From Octopus vulgaris (taxonomy: Eukaryota): a DNA stretch of 64,000 nucleotides. This document shows, piece after piece, positions 56,997 through 64,000 of the stretch; position 1 is the first letter of the stretch, and each line of letters begins with the position of its first letter. The position numbers and the translations under genes are program-made. The notes beneath the pieces are model-generated. The model worked only from the letters and a program-made list of their open reading frames with translations, did not search any database and had not been told where the DNA came from. The stretch covers positions 11,842,001 to 11,906,000 of the forward strand of contig OX597826.1 in the NCBI GenBank assembly GCA_951406725.2. The letters are read 5' to 3'.

Positions 56997-57743
56997 TAGT
57001 TTTATTTTTTATAGCGTGCTTTCACTTCACTACCGAGTGCAGCTCTGTGTGCCTTGTGTATGTGCTGTGATTTGTTGTGATGCTCTGATGGTTATTGTAT
57101 GGAAAGTGTTCTGCGTAGGATGTGTGCAGTGCCTAGTAGTGCAATTTTCTGTTTGTTATATGTTTTTGTCATTGCTGTATCCAAGTCTATATTTATGTTG
57201 TTTTCTTTCCATATTTTATATGTATGTGTTGTATTTTCATTCTTTGGGTAGAGCACTGCTGTAAAATAAGCATGTAGGATAGAAATGTATTCCTCACGTG
57301 TCCATTTATGTCTTTTGGGTTTTATTTGCGGGACATGAGGAGCAACGTCCGGCCTATTATTTTGACGGTCGTCATTTTCGTAGGGTACCGGTCCGTTCAT
57401 TTCTGTTGTCACATTGTTTTGCACGTGTAGTTTTTCGTACATTTTATGTTGTAAGTTTAATGTACGTACTTCCCGATTGCTATTCTTGGGTTGAATAATA
57501 TCGGTGTTATTTAATTTCTTCGTAGTTTTTTTGTACATGGTGTTTGGGGTCGGAGATGATCTGGTGTTGATGGGTCGTAATGGTCCGCGCATGTTTACAT
57601 GTGTTGTGTTCGAGGTGAAGATGATATCGAGTTAAAATACATCATTTCGTTTCGAAGATAGTAATAAATTTCAATGGGTATTACTTACTCAGATATAGTC
57701 CAATCCTTTGTCAGTAAATTTTTGGCTCCATACGATGTCTTTG
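56994..57743 (-). mobile_element. Internally deleted R4/Dong-like element in (TAA)n with a 166-aa fusion ORF (57092..57592)
   Basis: N-terminal RHKWTREEYISILHAY (Myb-like motif seen in Dong/R4 ORFs) fused in frame to QKIALLGTAHILRRTLSIQ*; 3' UTR near-identical to 57793 copy; (TAA)n both sides. Confidence 0.8.
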
Positions 57744-57792
57744 TATTATTATTATTGTTATTATTATTATTATTGTTATTATTATTATTATT

Positions 57793-58136
57793 CAGTAGTT
57801 TTATTTTTATTTTTATAGCGTGCTTTCACTTCACTACCGAGCGCAGCTCTGTGTGCCTTGGGTATGTGCTGTGATTTGTTGTGATGCTCTGATGGTTATT
57901 GTATGGAAAGTGTTCTGCGTAGGATGTGGGCAGTGCCTAGTAGTGCAATTTTCTGTATGTTATATGTGTTTGTAAGTCCTGGTGTTTTTGTTATGTATTT
58001 GTCTGAATATTTTTTTATCATGCCTAATGCACCTACTATGATAGGAATTGTTTCTGTTTTCAGATTCCACATTCTAGTTACCTCTATTTCCAGGTCTTTG
58101 TATTTTGAGAGTTTCTCCATTTCTTTTAGAGACACG
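57793..58136 (-). mobile_element. 5'-truncated R4/Dong-like element inserted in (TAA)n
   Basis: KEMEKLSKYKDLEIEVTRMWNLKTETIPIIVGALG..IQKIALLGTAHILRR, the RLE C-terminus; TAA repeats are the known Dong target. Confidence 0.9.
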
Positions 58137-58649
58137 TTATTATTATTGTTATTATTATTATTATTGTTATTATTATTATTATTGTTATTATTATTATTAT
58201 TATCGGTAGTAACCATAGTGGTAACTGTAGTAGTACTATAGGCAGAAGTAGCAGTGTTAATAAAATTACAACATCATACATTGTATGAAGAGCGGAAACA
58301 CGAAATACGTAAAATAAAACAAAACAAAACAGGCAACCATAGTTAAATAGTAACAGCATAATATTGTTAACTGATAGGACAAAACTAATGATATTACACT
58401 GCTAATGGTTGTATCTCCATCCCAATGATACAATTAATGAAACCTTATTGTTAGCGGTATATCATTGTTAAACGGCAATTAGTGATGCCTTCATATATAT
58501 ATATATTTGTGAAAAACAACTGTAGATGGATGGAGGAAATTTTGGGCTTTGAAGCATGAATTTGTTTACCGCATCGTATATTTCATTCCATCATTATACC
58601 ATTCTACATGGCAGCTAACTATTCTAATTACAGATAGAGCATGCATATA

Positions 58650-58684
58650 TGACACACACACACACACACACATACACCTATATA

Positions 58685-58726
<42 letters not shown>

Positions 58727-58821
58727 TATAAATATATATAAATAAATAAATATATATATATACTTATTTATATATATTTATACATATATATATATACAAA
58801 TATGTACACATACACACGCGT

Positions 58822-58853
<32 letters not shown>

Positions 58854-58883
58854 GTACACACACACGCACATATACATATATAT

Positions 58884-58922
<39 letters not shown>

Positions 58923-58962
58923 CTGAAAGAAAGGAAGAGAAAAAAGATTGAGAGAGAAAAAG

Positions 58963-59016
<54 letters not shown>
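58650..59016. repeat. Compound (CA)/(TA)/(GA)n microsatellite
   Basis: Direct reading. Confidence 0.9.
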
Positions 59017-59020
<4 letters not shown>

Positions 59021-59717
59021 TTAAGACAGTGAGTCAAATTACTCTGAGCTAAATCTTTCTAACACTTTTTCTTATACTAATCAATGTTGTGCGCGCATCC
59101 GTTTTTGCACGCGCGCGCATGTGTGCGCGTGTGTGTGTATGCGTGTGTGTGTATGCGTGTGTGTAGGCCCCTTGGAAAGGATTACAAATGATGCAGAGTT
59201 ATACGTAACCAAATTATCCAGTGTTCGCACATGTACTGGATATGCGAAAATACCTCTCCTTGGTATTGAACGCGTATTAAGATCGTATATTAACAGAATC
59301 AGGATTGCGTTGGATAAAATATGTTTGGTTATTTGTCCGGGAAGTTTATGTCCTGGTTTAAAATTCTACTGTGTCCAACTTCACCTTACATCCACCGGAG
59401 TTGCTCTTGTAGATTCCAGTTCTTTATGCAATGGTCTATAATGATAGAGCTGTGCCGAGGGTCTATAACGACAGAGGAACCGGCGACAGGTGGCGTAACA
59501 AACACTGGTTGGAGTACGCTACCCTTGCATCAGTAATACCGGTTTGTAACATCTCTTCCTTACAGTCAATACAGGACAATTTTAACCTCACACACACCTA
59601 TACACACAAACACATACTCTCTCACACACACACACACACGCACACAAACATACGCTCATACACATACATTAAAAAGAGCAGTGTGCACCACATTAAAAAT
59701 TATAATACCAAAATAAG

Positions 59718-59983
59718 AAAGAAAATACTTTACGGAGATGTACTTGCATAGCAAGTGATTTGATCTGAGATCGTGTGCTGAAACGAAACCAATTGCAGCG
59801 TGGAAGGTGTTTGTAAGCCATTTAAGCCATTTAAGAAACACACAAAAACCGTTCCATTCACTTCAACATTTAAGTTTAATTTGTCAAAATATTTTCATCG
59901 CTTTAAGACCGCGACCTGTTCACTGAGAAAAATGTGTTTCTTAAATGGCTTACAAACACCTTCCACGCTGCAAAGAAAATACT
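59718..59983. mobile_element. Short PLE-like element with internal inverted duplication
   Basis: 59793-59842 inverted at 59933-59973; AAAGAAAATACT direct repeat at both ends. Confidence 0.6.
59884..59926 (-). ncRNA. Hammerhead-like motif with compensatory G3-C8 core
   Basis: Minus: UCA-GUGAACAG-GUCGC-GGUCUUAAA-GCGAU-GAAAA-UA-UUU-UGA. Confidence 0.5.
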
Positions 59984-60802
59984 GCAATCATACAACTAGA
60001 AGGACTCTCAGTGCAACTTGAAAATCAACCACTGCCCTTGGTACTTCATTGATTTCTACTTTATATTAACGGAAATGAGGGGGAAAAACATTTCTTTCTC
60101 TTTGTTTTTGAGTCGAAATTTTGGTACGTCCGTTTGAGGTCTGGTGTGAACCGTGACGCAGGAAGAAGGAGAGTAAAGGGAAAATTCACCCTCAGAAATA
60201 CCCAGTGCCATATCCAACTAATTCTCCCGGCGCGCTTATCTCAGATACGTGGAAAGTAACAAAACTGTGCGTGACGCGCTTTTTCAGTGTCTACACATTA
60301 CTAACATGTAGAGCTGATAGATTCGCACTTAGAGCAGATCACATAAATCTCTCATACATACTATACGTCAACCTCCTTTGAAAAGGAAGAGGAGAAAGGT
60401 TTTCATGTATTTCGCTATTGACAAAGAAGCTATATGGCGGTCGAATTTGAAAGACGCGAGGACAAAATTCTATTTCTCCCAAAATAGGAAATGTTGATCA
60501 TTGAAAGATTGTGGTGGTCTTCTGCATCAAATTTGATGAAAGTTGTGAGCAGGTGGCGCAACGGATTGTTTGTGATAGACGATTCTTGAATGCTGCCAAT
60601 TGATTTCAGTAAAAGGAGAGCAAGGAATAGTCAGAGCAACGGGTGATGAAGACCGTCTGACTGCCGCAAGGGAAAGTTATCTTGCATTTTGTGGATACGT
60701 GCCTTTGTATACATACATACATACATACAAACATACATACATAATACATACATACATACACACATACATACATACATACGCTCACACACGCATGTATATC
60801 TT

Positions 60803-61187
60803 TTATCTTTTACTTCTTTCAGTTACTAGACTGCGGCCATGCTGGGGCGCCACTTGAAAGAAATTTTAGTCGAATGAATCGACTCCAGTACTTATTATTT
60901 CTTTAAAGCCTGGTACTTATTCTATCGCGGTCTTTTGCCGAACCGCTAAGTTGCGGAGAGATAAACACACCAACACCGGCGACAAACACAGACACAAAGA
61001 CACACGCACATATATATATTTATACATACGAGCTTCTATCGGTTTCCGTCTACCAAGTTCTGTGATAAGTTTTTGGTGGACCCAAAGCTAGCAGAAGACA
61101 CTTGCTCAAAGTGCCACGCAGTGGGACTGAACCTGGAACCATGTGGTTGGGAAGCAATCTTCTTAACACTCAGCCACGCCAGCGCCT
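60803..61187 (-). mobile_element. SINE family A (diverged)
   Basis: Reverse-complement copy. Confidence 0.8.
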
Positions 61188-61359
61188 AAATAATATATAT
61201 ATTATCAAATTATGCCTGATCTGTTTCCATGTATTTTTTCACTCTTTGTTTCCTTTCTTGATACATGTAAACGCCATCATCTTTTGAAAGCTTACTGCAT
61301 GTCACGTTTTATTTATATAAGTCTTTATGGCTAATAAAGAAGCTATTAATATTGCTTTC

Positions 61360-61975
61360 CACTATAGGCACAACGGTCTGAAATTATGGGGAGAGGCTAG
61401 TCGATCGCATTGACCCCAGTACATGACTAGTACTTATTTTATCGATACCGAAAGAATGAAAACAAAGTCATCCTCGGCGGAATTGAAGCGCAGAGTAAGC
61501 CATGAATATTGATTTCAAATTTTGGGACACGACCAGTAATTCTGGGCAAGAGGTATGTCGATTACATCGATATGACCAGTAATTCTGGGCAAGAGGTATG
61601 TCGAATACATCGATCTCCATGCTTAATTGGTACTTATTTTATCGACCCCGAAAAGATAAAAGGCAACGCCAGCGCTGACGGAATTTGAACTCATAACGTA
61701 AAGATGTACGAAACCATTAATATTGATTTCAAATTTTGGAACAAGGCTAGTAATTCTAGGGGGAGGAGTAAGTCGATTACATCGACTCCAGTGCTTAGCG
61801 GATACTTATTTTATCGAACCTGAAAGGCAAAAAACAAAAAAAACAAAAAAAACAATAACAAAAAAAATAATAAAGAAAAAACGACGTCGGTGAAATTCGA
61901 ACTCTGAATCCAGGGACGGACGAAATGCTGCAAATCATTTTGCGCGGCGTGCTAATGATTCTGCCAGATCGTCGG
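61360..61975 (-). mobile_element. Cluster of three diverged SINE family B (tail 2) copies with a 41-bp local duplication
   Basis: TACTTATTTTATCGA..GAAA..GGAATT core three times; GACCAGTAATTCTGGGCAAGAGGTATGTCGA twice. Confidence 0.7.
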
Positions 61976-62523
61976 AGTAAATAATGGAGGAATATTACTA
62001 CACTTTTGTATTTGATTTGTTAGATACTTGATGTGAATTTGCGCGTTGAGGTCGATTGCTGTGCTACCAATAAAACACAAGCACAGATTGTGTATAACTT
62101 CTGTTAATTAGCAATTAACAAATTAATTAATTAAATAATTACTGAATCACTCAGTTAATTATTTGTTTCTCAACGTCCTTTCCTCATACCCTTTAAACAT
62201 ATCAATGATGTGTTTCTCACTCATACTCTCTGCTTTACACTCACTCTTTGCTCCGTGTGATTTTCAGGAAAAGAAATAGTGAAATTCTTCTGTTTTGGTA
62301 TTTGTACCGTATAAACTATTTGTGTGAGTGTATATGTGTGTGTGCATGCATGTGTGTGAGTGTGCACGCGTGCATACTTTTGTGAGTGAATAATTATAAT
62401 CAGGGTTGTAAGAATGGTAAGAGTTTCAGTGCGCATGTGCGAATTTTGTTATCTTCTTTCAATTGCTTTACTTTTCGCTCTCATGATTAAATTTATTATT
62501 ATGTTTGCACAGATGTCACAATG

Positions 62524-62623
<100 letters not shown>

Positions 62624-62634
62624 ATACATCTATG

Positions 62635-62754
<120 letters not shown>

Positions 62755-63006
62755 TAATAATAGTAATAATAATAATTATATTGGGGAATACAATTCCAAA
62801 CTTACAGGGAAAAATTCAATTTACCAATACTAAATCAAATTTCACAATATATAATATATGTATTTAATTGAGAGAAATATGTAAAATTATTATCATTTTT
62901 GCCAATAGGAAGACACATATTACAGAGCCTACAAAATTGTTCTTTAATTCTCTATTTCCATCTTCTCAATTTGTTATATTTTGTATTACAATATTTTCGT
63001 GCTTCT

Positions 63007-63266
63007 AAGGCGGCGAGCTGGCAGAAACGTTAGCACGCCGAGCGAAATGCGTAGCCGTATTTCGTCTGCCGCTACGTTCTGAGTTCAAATTCCACCGAGG
63101 TCGACTTTGCATTTCATCCTTTCGGGGTGGATAAATTAAGTACCAGTTACGCACTGGTGTCGATATAATCGACTTAATCCGTTTGTCTGTCCTTGGTCGT
63201 CCCCTCTGTGTTTAGCCCCTTGTGGGTAATAAGGAAATAGGTATTTCGTCTGCCGTTACGTTCTGA

Positions 63267-63270
<4 letters not shown>
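63007..63270 (+). mobile_element. SINE family B followed by start of a headless second unit
   Basis: Full copy then GAAATAG|GTATTTCGTCTGCCGTTACGTTCTGAGTT. Confidence 0.9.
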
Positions 63271-63307
<37 letters not shown>

Positions 63308-63333
63308 ACAGGTGTGTTTGTGTAGATGCCCGT

Positions 63334-63619
63334 GGGCATATGGCGCAGTGGTTAAGAGCGCGGGCTACTAACACCAAGATTCTGAGTTCGATTCCAAGCA
63401 GTGACCTGAACAATAACAATAAAAATAATAATAACATCGAAAAATACCTTAGGAATGAGGACCCAGGTTCGAAATTTCCCCAAGATAGCTGAAGAAGGCT
63501 GTGGAGGGTTTATCAGTAGAAACGTTGTGTTAACAACAAACAAGATGAGGACAAATGTCCGTCGAATGTAAATAATGTAAATAATGTACATAATTCCTCA
63601 TCTCTTAAATATAGAACTG
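63334..63619 (+). mobile_element. tRNA-headed SINE carrying a hammerhead motif
   Basis: A-box TGGCGCAGTGG, B-box GAGTTCGATTCC, (AAT/AAC)n linker, body with CTGAAGAA-GGCTG..CAGTA-GAAAC-GTT-GTGT at 63485-63530. Confidence 0.8.
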
Positions 63620-64000
63620 CATACATATATGTGTATAGTATGCATGCACATACTACAATTTCTGTAAATCGATCATAACGTATACGGTCTATATATTTGC
63701 GGGTAAGCTGCAATTTGGTGTGATGGAGTATAATCTCTCAAAGCGACGGGTGTTAAAACATTATGTATATGTGGTCGATAGAGTTTACTACACTAGCACT
63801 GTTTCTATTTTACGTTTAAATTTATTCTTATGAATGCATATGATTTGTAGACTGGCCAAGTAATTCATCTCCGATCCATTACGTGTCCGTGATGTTGGTA
63901 AGTCACAGAATTGGCGAAACATCGATGTTTATCATTACAGGATGGTATTGAAGTTGGGTAATCTCGCCAGTCTATGACTTTCATGTATTTTAACATCCAG

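Noticed and set aside
63334-63407. Genuine tRNA gene (also the heads at 2687, 21878, 39670)
   Set aside because: Acceptor and T stems do not pair properly and the sequence continues into repeat bodies; these are SINE heads.

Overview
AT-rich, repeat-dominated eukaryotic non-coding DNA. The SINE families and microsatellite load look like an octopus (coleoid cephalopod) genome, which is my inference from family appearance. I found no intact host protein-coding gene: nearly all long ORFs are microsatellite read-throughs or antisense SINE text. The window holds dozens of tRNA-headed SINEs (four head types with exchangeable tails). It also holds fossils of R4/Dong, Tx1/L1, CR1, Penelope-like (PLE), Gypsy, mariner, Tc1, Tc2-like MITE, Helitron and Helentron/DINE-like elements. 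The most interesting signal is a dispersed set of about a dozen type-I hammerhead ribozyme (HHR) motifs with minimal palindromic stem III, carried by several unrelated short non-coding repeats that often sit next to (TA)n tracts. They include a 4-unit retrozyme-like tandem array, inverted/foldback copies, a tRNA(Pol III)-headed HHR-bearing SINE, and non-canonical cores (CUGUNGAA; a G3-C8 compensatory GUGAACAG). An internally deleted Dong-like retroelement with an in-frame N/C-terminal fusion ORF is also present. All ribozyme calls come from reading base pairing by eye and none is tested for activity. Coordinates of degenerate elements are approximate.
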